In this document: positions 13,897 to 28,479 of the stretch, piece after piece | Layout of the letters: the number at the start of each line of letters is the position of its first letter | Numbering within the stretch: position 1 is the first letter of the stretch | NCBI GenBank assembly: GCA_951406725.2 | Contig: OX597823.1 | Location: forward strand, 114,452,001-114,516,000 | Length of the DNA stretch: 64,000 nucleotides | Source: Octopus vulgaris | Lineage: Eukaryota | Direction of reading: 5' to 3' | Notes under the pieces: model-generated | The model's input: only the letters and a program-made list of their open reading frames with translations | Databases searched by the model: none | What the model was told of the DNA's origin: nothing | Made by a program: the position numbers and the translations under genes

Positions 13897-15598
13897 ATAT
13901 ACAATATCTTTAAGACACTTCAAACACTCAGTAGATATAGATCTTGGCCAAGCGAGCGATTTATAGTCATTTTCTCAAAGGGCATTTATATATGAAAAGT
14001 AATAGTTTGAACATTTATGCAAAGCAGGCAGGCCTCAAATGAAAACCACAAACACACGTCTTTTATACTTCCAGCTATCACTGCAAAAAATTGAATAACT
14101 TCATCATGAGGAGCACTTCATTTATTTTGGGCACTTTATCAATAGTTACAACAGCCCTACAATTATGTGCAAACAAGATTTACAACATCCGGTTCAAAAT
14201 CTGCAAGACGTCATTCTATGTGGAAATAAAGGGAATTTAGAGTTGGGAGGTCTATATCTAGATTGTAAGCTCAAATTTTCCCATCTATGGCCCCAGCGCT
14301 GCTTAGTTGAAAAAGGACAGATTTAGAAAATCAGTGCTCTCCAAAATGAGTGCCTGAGTTAACATGCCCGAGAGTATCTAATATCGTACATGAAAGTAAA
14401 ATATACTTTACTGATGCAAGTATGCTTTGGCTGCAACAGAGAGACATTATTTCTTTCGGATATATTCTCACCACTCTACCTCTTCATCAAACCTTTTCTC
14501 CTCCTTGGTGATTATTTTCCGCAATAAACCCGCAATTTCTTGGGAAAGAGGTTATATGATCTTTATTGATTGTTAGTTCATAACACTTTAGATTGTTGAT
14601 TGGTTTTGATTAAATTCTTAGATATTTATTTTCTTTGGAGTACGCTCGTCTCACGACAAAGTTTTACACTGCCAGCTTTTAAGTGGTTAATTTATACTCA
14701 ACAATTCTCTTTTTACTGACTCCAAACATTTTTCTATGTATTTTTCACTCTAAATTCATAAAGAATGTTGATATTTCTTTGTTTACATACAAAAGCAACG
14801 AAACATAACCAATAGTTTTCATTAGATCAATTCTGTTTCTTTTCCTATTTACTAAACACAACATGGCAGATTTTTATTGTCTTGCATTTCTTAAGTTCCT
14901 GTAGCATATAAACAATCGCTAATGGAGAGACATTATGGTATTGTAAATACTCATTCGATATTTCGTTTATCACCGTTTCAATCTACTCTTATGGTTTTGT
15001 ATTAATGTACATCATGAGTAGACGTTTATGCAAGGGAAGACTTTAAAATGCTATAATCTTTTCTTGAAAATTTCATTAGCCGTATACTTCACTTGTATAT
15101 ACACCTCGATCTCTCATCACGTGGTGTATTGCTTTATTTTCAACACTCCTGTTAGACTCACTAACATTCAACTTTGCCATCAGATGACGTAATAACTGCA
15201 GATAGGTCAAAATGACTACGGGGTAACATGGTAGCAGTAGCTAACTGATTTCTGATGATACACAATATCAATATTGTTCAAGACATGCGTGTCCACGTGA
15301 ATGATCATGTGATGTTATTTATGCATTCTATACACACTGGGGAATAAAATTACACTCATTATTTTTCAGAATAAAATTATCATAATCAGCATTTGCATTC
15401 CATAAATGTCGTTTGATGATGTAATAAATTTGATATGAAATAATGTAACTCTGCATAAACTCCGACCGAGTCATTTTACGTATTTTCATAAAGCGAAACA
15501 TAAGAATCTTTTCGTTATTTCACAGCACTTTAGAAACATAAAAATCGTTGTTATAGTGACGGTTTCTTCTGTATCCCCAAATAAAGAAATTTACTTAC

Positions 15599-15674
15599 CG
15601 TTATCAGTGCTGTCTTTCGATTCTTCTCTGAGAGTGTTGATGTCGTATCCAGCACTGTAGTTTGTATTTGATTC
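15599..15674 (-). CDS. Candidate internal exon (76 nt; ESNTNYSAGYDINTLREESKDSTDN)
   Basis: CTCTGTAG acceptor, consensus ACG|GTAAGT donor and an open frame ending in phase 1. A second frame is also open. Confidence 0.35.
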
Positions 15675-15919
15675 CTACAGAGTGAATTCATGTTTGGGAC
15701 AAATCTAAGATTTTAAATAAAGAGGTTTCTTTAGTAAATTTGAGAAGATGAATGAACAGTTATTTGAAAGGATTGAGCATACATGTTGGATATAAAATTC
15801 CCCGTATACCCACAAGATATACATGACTACTTAAACCGCGTGTTTATATGTGTATGTATATACGTATGTATGAATGTAAGTATGTTTGTCCTTGTACGTG
15901 TGAATCTCAATATATATAT

Positions 15920-16008
<89 letters not shown>

Positions 16009-16405
16009 TATACATACGTGTGTGTGTGTACATATACAGCAAGAGGGAGTTTTTTGTATATGAATTCTTTATATGATTAATGATAAGTATTGATTCATAC
16101 ATTTCATTTAGTAAGTGGAAAATTTTCAACCATTTGAGATTATGTCCACAATTAAGGAGTAAAAATATCCTTTAGGAGTGTTGAAGTCTAAAAGCAAAAA
16201 CTATAGCATTTCAGATAATATCAGCTGAGCATGTATGCATGGCTGTGAGCTTATATGAGTGCGTGTACATGTGAGTGTCTCTATGCGAATATGCGTATGT
16301 ATTCATGTTTATGTATTCACCCTAACGCGTATATTTATAGATTATTTTATGTTCTTCCCAGTTTTTTAATACAATTATCTAGAAATATGGATATTATATA
16401 TATAC

Positions 16406-16443
<38 letters not shown>

Positions 16444-16457
16444 ACACAAAAACACAA

Positions 16458-16522
<65 letters not shown>

Positions 16523-16564
16523 TTTCTAAATATCTCGTAGAGACATGTACGGTGGAGGGGCGAT

Positions 16565-16696
16565 AGAATGGTTGTATACTGTCAATCTAACACGAACGTG
16601 ACAGTAGGTGGGTACACCACCGCTGTAGGACTATACAGCGGTGGTGTACTCCCCTACTGTCACGTTCGTGTTAGATTGACAGTATACAACCATTCT
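16565..16696. repeat. Near-perfect ~62-bp-arm hairpin between (TA)n arrays
   Basis: AGAATGGTTGTATACTGTCAATCTAACACGAACGTGACAGTAGG...CCTACTGTCACGTTCGTGTTAGATTGACAGTATACAACCATTCT. Confidence 0.95.
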
Positions 16697-16905
16697 CTCT
16701 CTCTATATATATATATTCAGATACGTGCAGGTACTTTCTTTTTGCATTCTCTATATGAGCGTGTGCATAACTGTATGTGAATCTATGTATGTGTACGTAT
16801 AACAAAGATATGCGTACATATATCAGTATCACATACATGATATAAATATCTTCATACAAACAAGTATATTCATACACACATAGATACATAGATACGTATA
16901 TACAC

Positions 16906-16949
<44 letters not shown>

Positions 16950-17878
16950 TCTATATGTATATATATACATATATATATGTATGTGTATATATAAACATAT
17001 ATGTATGTATATATATATGTATGTATATATATGCATATATATATATATATATATATATAAACCTACATACATACACGCACGCACATATACAGATATATGC
17101 CTCCACCAATTGTATGGTCCATATATTTCGACTCCCATGAAGGAATAACAAAGAAACAATAATGCACAACAATATTTCTCTAAAGTAGCCATTACATCAG
17201 AAAGGAAAGATTTCGGAGGGGGAAGTAGGCTTTCTTGTCAGCCTTTTACAATGTTCTCCTTATTCTAAAACAACCATCACAATATTCACACTCCAGTATC
17301 GTCACCATCATCGCTGTTACTACCATTACTACTCACACCAATGTTTTCGCCATTATCAGCATGATACGCTGCTACCAGTCATTTAGGTGGCACCAGGATC
17401 ATCCTCCTTAACGTCAACACGAAGGCCACCACCAAAGACAAGGCCACCGACAACAATAATAACAGCAACCACCATCACTACGAAACGAATAATATCGCCT
17501 CTATGATTATTATGTTGACCGCAACATTAAAATCTCCACCATTGCAACATTACCATCGCCACTACCATCGCCATTACAAGCAACAACATCATCACCAGTA
17601 GCATCGTAAAGAACACCTACCACACCATTCAGCTCCGCATGTCTTTTCTTCTCTGTCGTCCTAATCGAACAATAAATAAACGAATAAAATTTGTGGTGTC
17701 TTCATTTTTTTTAATGGCTTCCCTCGGCATATCTCTACTTTGTCCTCCATTTTGTTACCGAATGTATATTTTTTTATCTCTATTTCCATCTTCAGCTTAC
17801 TGTTTTCTCTAACATACATGCACACAAACAAATAAACACAAATCTAGACACATATATGCACAATCATACCTATATAAT

Positions 17879-17961
<83 letters not shown>

Positions 17962-18365
17962 TATATATATATAAAGATTTATATGGAGGTATATGTGTAT
18001 TCGTGTGTATGTGAGAGTTTGCGTGGGCATGTGTGTGTGTATGTGTGTGGTGTGTTTGAGTGTGTGTATAATTTACTTAAATGTATCTTTGTTAGTTCTT
18101 TTTTTGTTTCAAACCATTCTTATAGCATCTCCAGTGTTTTCCAACAAACGATACACAACCTAGTTACTTCCCTTTCTACTTATCCATCTGCTTAGTATTA
18201 ATATCTGTATGTTATTTACTTCACAAGTGTTTTATTATTTTTACTTTCACACAAAACACACGCGTGCACACGCACGAACAAACGCACACACAAATATACA
18301 CATGTATTTATATACACATATATATGTATACATGTATATATATACATTTAGTACCTAACTCTATA

Positions 18366-18416
<51 letters not shown>

Positions 18417-18433
18417 ATATATATATGTATATA

Positions 18434-18491
<58 letters not shown>

Positions 18492-18526
18492 GATATATAT
18501 ATATACATATGTTTATATATATATGC

Positions 18527-18567
<41 letters not shown>

Positions 18568-18613
18568 CATATATGTGTGCATATATATGTGTATATACAT
18601 ACATATATATATG

Positions 18614-18662
<49 letters not shown>

Positions 18663-19071
18663 ATGTATGTGTGTGTGTGTGTCCCATAAACACACATACA
18701 TATACACAACAACAGCATTGAAACTGTAAACGAAATATATAGTCAATAATACAAACACTAAACAAAAAAGTCACCAATAATGTCGATAAAACAAGTGATA
18801 CTATTCCCAATACGCTATTATAAGTAATATAATCGGAAATTCACTCTACTCTACCACTTATAGTTTTGGAGATTTTTTCCATTTCCTCAGACAAACATTC
18901 GAAGAACTTCTGAGACATCAGCTTGATAGCTTAATGGTAGCGCTTTTTGCTATCCAACATGCTACTTAAATCTTATCTGTTGTAGCAGAATTTATACACA
19001 TATACATATACGCATACTTACGTGTCTAGTTCTATAGACATATGCATATATGCACACAGACATACATGCAG

Positions 19072-19122
<51 letters not shown>

Positions 19123-19402
19123 AACATGCGTATATATGTGTGTATGTGAGAGTAAATGCTTTTATATGTATGTGTGTAAATATATATATATAGGGAAAGA
19201 GAGAGAGTGAAAGAGAGGGAGTATGAGAGAAAAAGGGAGAGAAGCATGCTATACGCATAGTATCACGTATATGCATGCAATTTCTCTACCTATCTCTACA
19301 TGCGTATCTGCATAAGTATATTCATATACATAGGAATATCTATATACATAAATATATTATCATGCCTACATACATATATGTGCATATATGTATATGTATT
19401 TA

Positions 19403-19461
<59 letters not shown>

Positions 19462-19949
19462 ATATATGCACATACATATGTATGTGCAGTATATGTATAT
19501 TTTTATGTAATGCATATTTTGATGCATGCTTCCTTATTTATGCATTATTTATGTGTGTAACTTACTGTTTAATCATATTTATCTAACCCCTATTTCCCTA
19601 TCTAATAAGAGGAGTCTAACAGTATAGCAATATCAATGCTCAGGTAAAATATTAATAAGAAATTTGGAGAAAAATGTAGTAAATGGCACCTCCAGTAACT
19701 GAAACATTGTATTTGGCAGACTTTATGTCTTCTAACTCAATATCAGAATTAGAGTTAGGAAAGTACAGCTTCGTAAGTTATAAGTTTACCTGGACATAGA
19801 AACAATCAGACAGATGTTCGGTTAGGCTAATAATAGACACACACATGTAGACAGACGCGCCCAGTAGTAGAGAAGAAAAGAAAAGTAAGAGAAATAACTG
19901 TAACACATGAACAAAACAGAAGCTGTTTACCGTCTTCAAAGACGACAAC

Positions 19950-20865
19950 GGACACAAACGAGGCTAAGGTATTAGACAATTGTACGTAAAGAAAGAGAAC
20001 AAACAACAGAAATTGGGAAAATGCTAAAAGCTAATCTAAAATCGAGAAGGCGGAATGCCATTTGAAAGCTATAGTGACATTTGCTCATATGTGTATAATA
20101 ACTAAATAAAACTGGAAAGTCGAAACAAAACATCATAGCAATATCTGTGAGCGTCAGAAAAAAAGTGGAAGTGAAGGATTCTTGATGGTGACACAAGATC
20201 AAAGCTTTCTACCAAAACCACCAACAACATGCAAGGAAACATATTACATTAAGTAAATGCAGAATATATGGAGGTTGGAAAGAAACAATTAACTATTGTG
20301 CCTTTGGCTGTTTAATGTTAACCAAGAGAGAATGCATCCACAGGCATGAGAGATTTGGTAATAATGTCAGCATTATGAAATACCAAGAGAAAATAGGTGA
20401 TAGAAACATACAGTCGGAATGTCCCAGTGAATGTCAAAGCGACCGTATTCAAGGTTACGTAACGCAAACAGGAAGATCAAAGATAATCGCACGAATATAA
20501 TTGTTAAACACAACCAGAAATGAATTAACTCCTCATCAATGTAGCAGTTGCCACAGACAATGGTATATCGCTAAAATAATCGGAAAAATTACCCAAATAT
20601 TTGGGAACAGAAAATAGTGATTAAAAATATAAACAACGAAAAGAGTAGATATTTGGGAATAATAAAAAAAAAGCAAATAATTACATGAGCAAATTTCCAG
20701 GATTTACACAAAAGCATAGAGAAAACATTTCTACAAACAGCTCATATCACACAGAGGTCTTTAAATACAATGGGAAATGCAAACTAATATCAATCTCTAC
20801 AGATATCCAGAGTAAACGGAGCTGCACTGGGGAATTCGATAAAAGCTCACAATATAAATAACGTT
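19950..20865 (+). mobile_element. Highly degenerate R4/Dong-like LINE, 3' part (CCHC and restriction-like endonuclease region)
   Basis: Fragments EGFLMVTQDQS, KCRIYGGWKETINYCAFGCLMLTKRECIHRHE and LINVAVATDNGISLK*SEKLPKY align with the 34509-36775 copy. The 3' UTR is also similar (GAGCTGCACTGGG vs GAGCTGCGCTCGG). Confidence 0.8.
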
Positions 20866-21156
20866 ACTTCATCGGAATAATATTAAATGCATTCATCCCA
20901 CGAAAATATAGAAAAAAAGGATTCACATGTCCTTCCTGATCTACAAGCTCATGATGCCGGTTTGTCGGATTCTGTGACATATGTAGTCAAATATTTAATA
21001 TTAAACAAGTATACCCAAGTAATTTCTATATGAACTCATAGACGCTGTTAGTTACTTAAATTCATGTAAGGCAGCTAACCAACAACCGTTTTTAAAAACA
21101 AATACACCAGTGCGTAGATAAAACTGTGATAGATATTAGGATTAATGTCTCCTTAC

Positions 21157-21711
21157 TATGAGTGTGAGTCAAAAACTAATGCCATTTTGTTTAGGACATG
21201 TATAATTACCAACACAAGTACATGTATCATACATCAAAATAAATCTGGCCCCCTGTGGATCACATCCCTACTCCTCAACGTCGTCACCGTTTCTCTCAAG
21301 AGCAATGTACCACCTTCGAATGAGAGCATGTATCCCTGCCCCGTAAAATCCTGTTGACTGTTCTTTGAGCTACGTCTTCGCTACAGTGTTCACTTCCTCG
21401 TCACTGGAATAATTTAGCGCCTTCAGACTTTGAAAGAGGGTTCAAGAGGCAAATATTATTCCAGTGACGAGGAAGAGAAAACTGTAGTGAAGAAGTGGCT
21501 CAAAGAACAGTCAACAGAATTTTACAGGGCAGGGATACATGCTTTCATTCGAAGATGGTATGTTGCTATTGAGAGAAACGGTGACTACGTTGAGAAGTAG
21601 GGATGTGATCCACGGTGGACCAGCTTCATCTTGATGTATGATACATGTACCTGTGTTGGTAATTATGCCTGTCCTAAACAAAATGTCATTAGTTTTTGAC
21701 ACACTCTCGTA
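21157..21711. mobile_element. Mariner-derived palindromic non-autonomous element (two inverted 3' ends)
   Basis: Arms are ~255 bp with TA at both ends. The right arm encodes a mariner transposase C-terminus, YSSDEEEKTVVKKWLKEQSTEFYRAGIHAFIRRWYVAIERNGDYVEK*. Confidence 0.88.
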
Positions 21712-21968
21712 AAACAATGTTTGATTATTTTGAGAAAAGAATCAAAACAGTTTTTTTTTTAAAGAAAAGTTTCTCAAATGTTCATTTTAAAATGTCAGGT
21801 TCATAGTTGATCAAGCTGTTGTGAAATATATACAGTCGCATATATTTTCTAGCGACAGACCAGCCTCCAGTAAGTCAAAGATAACGTGTTAAATTTTGAA
21901 ATGTAATAACGCACTTGGCAAATATTTATTAAAAAAAGTTAATTTATATATAAATGCATAACAGGGAC

Positions 21969-22330
21969 CTTTACTTGTCTCAGTCATTAGAACGCTGCTC
22001 TGCTGGGTTGACACCTACAAGAAATTTTAGTCGAACGAATCGACCCTATCGCTATTTTTAGGTCTGCCATTTGTTCTGTTGGGCTCTTTTGCTGAACCGC
22101 TATATTACGTAGACTAAATAAAATACACCAGTTTATCGAGCGCTGTAACAGCGGAAAACACAGACACACAGACACACACACGCACGCAAATAGATATTCG
22201 GTAGACAGTTTCTACCTACCAGGTCCACTCACAAGGCTTTGATCGGCCCGAAGCTATAGTAGAAGACACTTGCAAAGGTGATACACCGTAGGAATGAATC
22301 CGGAACCATGTGGGCGGTAAGCGCACACGG
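21969..22330 (-). mobile_element. SINE family A, diverged copy
   Basis: Reverse-complement similarity to 1430-1837. Confidence 0.8.
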
Positions 22331-23236
22331 CTGTATATAATCTGCACGTGTTAGAAGGACCCTGGCTCAGGCGTTCCAGACTTTTGAAGGGAATGGAACG
22401 ACGCCTTAACCACACAGTTGCTCTATGGTCTACTTTGGATCAACCTAGTAGCAAGTGCCATATTACCGTCTACACGTTAAGTAGCATGGATGGAATTGCT
22501 CACGGAAGAAGTCTACTCACAGACTCACGAACGGACACAGGGTGAATGAATTTTTAAATTGTTCAACTGCTCATCTAATACAAGGTTTCTCCATACAAAT
22601 CCAACAATCTGATAACCACTACCTCGTAACATTTATTCGACCAGATCAATAAAAGTTTGAAGGATGAGAGAATGGGACGTGCATGACCGAAACAATACCC
22701 ACTATATCAATAAATCTCTGGAGCTTTGCGTGGTAATTGACTTAGATTTCAAAAGGAAAAGTTCAAGGTGGGGTAAACTCATACAAAAAGCTTCGGAGGG
22801 TGGGACCTTAAAGCTGATATGTACGGTTATATTTAATCAATATCTAGCATCATTTGTGGCTCCAAGGATGTTTCGAACATACATAACTTCCTTTCTTTCG
22901 TGACCTGCCCAGCTGTAGAGAAGCGGTAAGTGTATTTTGCGCAAGATGTTGCTTCTGGAAACATCCCAGGTCACGTTAATGTCTCTCCAATATCGTCGAC
23001 CACCGACGAAAATGACCATTTATATATACATATATATTGTGTATTCTCTCTCGCTCTCTCTCTCTCTTTATATATATATTTATATATGTATGTATATAAA
23101 TATATATACATACATTCATACATATATATTTATATATGCATACATATGTATATATAAAATATATGTATATATATACACATAAATATGTATATGTATATAT
23201 ATATATAATATACATATATATATATGTATGTATTTA

Positions 23237-23303
<67 letters not shown>

Positions 23304-23332
23304 CATATGTATAGACACATATATTTGTGTAT

Positions 23333-23367
<35 letters not shown>

Positions 23368-24018
23368 AAGGATGATGTTATTATTATTATCATTGTTGTT
23401 GTTGTTGTTATTATTATTGCCTTTGTTTGTTAACACCACCACTAGGTTGATACAGTTCACTAGTTTAATCCTTTCCACTTGATTTGTCTCCCATAATGAA
23501 GTAGGAAAAATTATGGAAAAAAAAATACATAGTTCTTTGTTTTAGTAGAAAGTTGCTAATAGCTGAAGACAACCGAGAAAGAATTGATGATCAAAACGAG
23601 ACAGAGACACAGAGAGGCAGAAAATGATACATAGAGAGAAAGAAAGAGAGGGAGAGGTGGAGAGCGAGAGAGAGAGAGAGAAAGTGTGGTGTGTATAATA
23701 AAGAGACTACTGCTGAATGGTTAGTAAGAAGTTGAATAAAAAGAAAAAATGTATTAGAAAAATATATGAAATGAATATCTCTTTGTGAGAATTAAGAAAC
23801 GGTAGCTATTTGTGAAATAAATAAACTTTACTAAATTTTATACTTTTTTTCCTGAAGTAATTTTTCACATTTTATAACTTCTGTCTCTTTTATTTCATAA
23901 ACTGTAACCACATATATACGTATATCATATGTAGGTGTATATATATATATACATATATATTCATATATATATGTGTACGTCGTATGTATATAAATATGTA
24001 TGAACATATATACATACG

Positions 24019-24067
<49 letters not shown>

Positions 24068-25064
24068 CTATTTGTATATATTTATATATATATATATTCA
24101 TATTTGTATATATTTATATATATATATATATATATTTATGTTTGTATATATATATACATAAACATACACATGTAAAAGCGTGGTGTGTGTGTGTACGTGT
24201 GTACATGGTTTACTTTCTAACTATTTCTGTTTGATTCCATTGTATGAGTGTTCGATCAACTGAACTCTTTCTTTACTCAATAATATGTTGTGTATTAAGT
24301 GGCTGTGTATACTCCATATTTTTCATCCTTATTATTGTCAAGCAGAATCTGCATTAGACTTCGAGTAGCAAACCTAACTCTTCCGTTCCTAATCACAGTA
24401 TACCTTGTGTTAAAGCCTAACTGGCTGTGTATCCCACGAACCCCTTTAACATAAATCAAATCACTGAATCAGCGGAACACTATTAATGACAAGGCTGACA
24501 CTCAACCTTTTAACCTGCCTTGTACTATTGTGCAAAAGAATCAATATTCCACAAATACACGTATCTTTAACGAAATCCCCACCCAGATTCTCAGTGACAC
24601 TGCCCCTCTCTGAATCTGCTGTTACTGAGGAAGTTAGCCATCGCTACTATTGACACACCGTCATTATCAGTACCGTCCCGCATCGTCAATATCATTACAC
24701 TTGTGCCGAACCCAATAGCAACCATGAACACCTCTACATCCACCATTACAACCCCAACCAAGAAGAACAACACGATACAAAATTTAGGGGTTTTGCTTGG
24801 GTATAGATTCTGTTAGAAGTAGGAACCAAATTCTTCGTCATTTCGCACCTTGCTTAAAACAGGAGAAGTATACATCAGACAATGTACTATTCACTCGGTA
24901 CACGCAAATAACTTAAACGACATTCAGAAACGGATTTCACCGCTTGTTTTGTCTTTATAATATTATTTACCGAATGTATCCAGAGCTAGGTCTTCGCAGA
25001 TTTATTTTAACGACGAACAAATCCTTTCTGCTATTTATTCCGACTGCGTAAATTTTGTGCCTAT

Positions 25065-25200
25065 GTCACGACAAGATCAGCTTTGCCATTCATATTTCCA
25101 GAATCGCTAAAATAAAGTAGGACTTTAGTAAAGGGTTAGATATAAGTGATTCTTCAATCACCGAAAACTTCAGGCTCTGCGTAAATGTTAGGAATTATTT
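25065..25200 (+). mobile_element. SINE family B, very old fragment
   Basis: GCTTTGCCATTCATATTTCCAGAATCGCTAAAATAAAGTA resembles the family B core. Confidence 0.5.
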
Positions 25201-26472
25201 AATTTCTATTTTTGGTTGTTGATTCGATCCTTATTTTGGCCTTCGTCTTGAGCCCTCGATATAAATGTTATATTCCGAGCTTTGTTTATGCACTGTGATT
25301 TTGTAGTCGAGATAAATTAATTGCATTTCAAAAAGTACAAAGTATCTTCTTACTCAAAAATTAGGGTTTGTTAAGGCTGGAATGTAATTCACCATAGATC
25401 TAAACAACAACTGCAACATCAACAGTTACGAGATCATACCTGACCTGGTAAAAATTACAGTCATATATTCCTCTCGTTACAGTCTAACGTCTTGAAAGTG
25501 TAAAGACAACTTCTTTGATATGCTTCAGAATGCACACTGCTTAAGAAAGATGATATGGTCACAACTTAAACGACTTTGATCATAATTCAGTTTTATCAGA
25601 GTTGACCTGGGGCTATACAACAATAACAACAAAAATAACAACAACACCAATTTAATCAAAACGTCTGTACTCTTCCAAATTTATTCACGATTTTCCTACA
25701 ACTCTGTTTTATGATCAATAAATAAAAGAATGACAAGACAGTTTAGTTCCTCTCTTTGCAATTTTGGTATTTTTTCTCTTTGAGTTCTTTACGTTAAAAG
25801 ACGAGAAAACCGAAAACAGTGAAGAGAAAATTTGAAATGGTCACGTGGTTGTAAATCATATCAAGCCGCTACACATTTAAGATGGCGGTCGCTTATCAAA
25901 TACGGAGTTTATCATGTCTCTTGCCGGTCATTTGTATGGATGTAAAGTTGTACGAGTGAGAAGCAACAAAAATAGCTACAAATAAAACAACAAATACTAC
26001 AAATACAACGACAACAACAAACTACACATTGAAAAAATCTATAAAAAATATATTCAAAAATATCAAATTACGTTTTTCAATCATGCAATGAATGAGATAA
26101 TTCATTCATTGCCGATCGTATTTTTCCTTCGTTTTAGCTATAAATCATTTCTTAAATTCTTCAATAACTTTCATTCCCTCCTCACCCTTCCACTTTTCTT
26201 TCATTTATTTCATTATCCCCAAATTTATTCACTTCTTTTTCGCTTTCATTCTTTTTTCTTTCATTCTTTCAATCTTGTTCTTCTTTATATGTTTATATGT
26301 CTCGTTCTTCTTTTTAGCTTTATTGCATTAGCTTTTCTCTCCTTACTCAGAGACGTTGTTCTCTCTCTCTCTCTTCATTCTCCCTTTCATTTCTTTCAAT
26401 TCATCGTCTCTAACATACTTCATTCTTTCACTAACCTCTTGTTCAAATTTTATTTATATTTTAGTCATGAAT

Positions 26473-26511
<39 letters not shown>

Positions 26512-26593
26512 CAATCTATCTATCTATTTTCCCCTACCTCTCACTTTCTCTCTCTCTTTCTCTCTCTATGTTTTGGTTTATTTAGCTTTACTG

Positions 26594-26642
<49 letters not shown>

Positions 26643-28479
26643 TTTTCTTTTTATCGTTCTCGTTTCCTATTCTTTCTTTTTAATCTCTATATTTCTTCAT
26701 TTCCTTTTATCGCTCTCATTTTCTTTCAGTTTTTCTTCCTTAAGCTCTCTATCCCTTACTCTCAGTATATCTCCTTTATTTTCTACTTTAATTCTTTCTT
26801 TTCTACCTTTCTATAAAATTAGCATTTCGTTTCGAAATCTTGGTTTAAATTACCTAATCAACATTTTCACATTTGTTTTCTTTATTTCGCTCATTTTTCT
26901 TTAAAACCTCTCAAAGATCTCTTCAACAAAAAGATTGAAAGAAAACCAACACAATCTTAAGACAACGACCCCAGCCATACATTCACATACACACATACAG
27001 CACAGATATTCACAAACACCACTTTCGTACATATACTCCGCATACATACACATACACACAAAAAACCCTCCATATATTTGAAATGTAGAAAAAATTTACA
27101 AATTTAGAAAAAGGAGGGAAAAAATCGTGAAAATTTACTTCAAATGAATTTCATTGGATACAAAATTATTCAAATATAAATGCATAATTTATCAAAATCT
27201 TTGACGTTTATTGGTATGTTTTACTTCTTTTTAGCTTTCAGAGAAACAGCATTAGCGTTAGTTAGCAACAATAACAACCGCAATATCATCGTCGTGGTCA
27301 TCGACGGCATCATTATCATCGTCATCAATATCGCTATCATGTCTCGAAGACGAAAAGAATGATGGTGATGATAATGATGATAATAATAATCGTCGTCATC
27401 ATCATCATTATTATCAATGATATAAAATCAGCTACAACATCGAAATAACAACAGGAGATCAATAAAAAAATATATCAAGAAATAATATTAACTATAGGAA
27501 CAAAATTTGTCAGAAGCCGACAGATGATGAGAGATTATACGGTGGTATGTGGGGCCGTTTACACATGATCAAGTAACTGCCTGTAAACGTATAAAAATAG
27601 ACAATAGAACTTTCGTGTGTCTCTCACAATATTGTCCGGTTTGCCCGCCACTAAAACTCTACAGACTGCATGAACTGACGTGCCATTAATGGTGGAGGGC
27701 TTGCAAATGTTTTCCAATACTGTAAATGCGAGGTGGCCAGTTTTGGTCTTCGTTTAGACCAGGTCTGCGGGTCAGTCACAAGGATGATGAATTGTGGGAA
27801 AAGCGACCGAACATCAACACGTTCACCTCGTCACAGTTCCCACCCACCAAGATGTACGGCCCAAATCAGAACCCTAAGTATCTAGAAAAGATCGTCCGTC
27901 CAGCCACGTGACGTTGGCAGGTGTTGATTTGTGTTCATAGGTGAGGAGCTAGATCCACGGATCTACCCTAGCTAAAGTAGTCTCTCGTAACCACCCGTAT
28001 TCATTCAGAGTACTGGCAGCCACCATATATTATTCCTGTGGTTACTGACACCACAAATATAATGTCATCATTTATTTTTTTTAAAAAACGGTTTCTCCAT
28101 ATGCCAGTTTGATCAGGACAAACTTCAGTATCTATGGCGTGTGAATGAAAGGGTTCTAAGTTGAAATGTGCCGAAGAAATGTTTTATTGTCCATAACTGC
28201 CCAAGTCTTTGTGCATCGATCAAGAGCGAAAGATATAAGAGAACATGTATGAAACGGTGGAACGCTTACATGGTGTAAAAGTGTGAGATCAACAAAATAA
28301 TGACACGTAAGTGGATAATATTAAATAACTCTAACAGGGTATCTAAAAAGAAGGGAAACAATAAGGGCCGCGTTACTCTTTGGGGAATTAGGCTGGGGTC
28401 AATATGTCTGCTGCTGGAACAAACCCCCAAAACGACGATCTATCAGGTAACTAGAACCCGGGTGATGCTAACTCTAGAC

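Noticed and set aside
27510-28050. GC-richer block upstream of the degenerate Dong-like LINE, possibly a 5' UTR with an HDV-like ribozyme
   Set aside because: I could not trace a nested pseudoknot by eye, and its link to the LINE is unproven.
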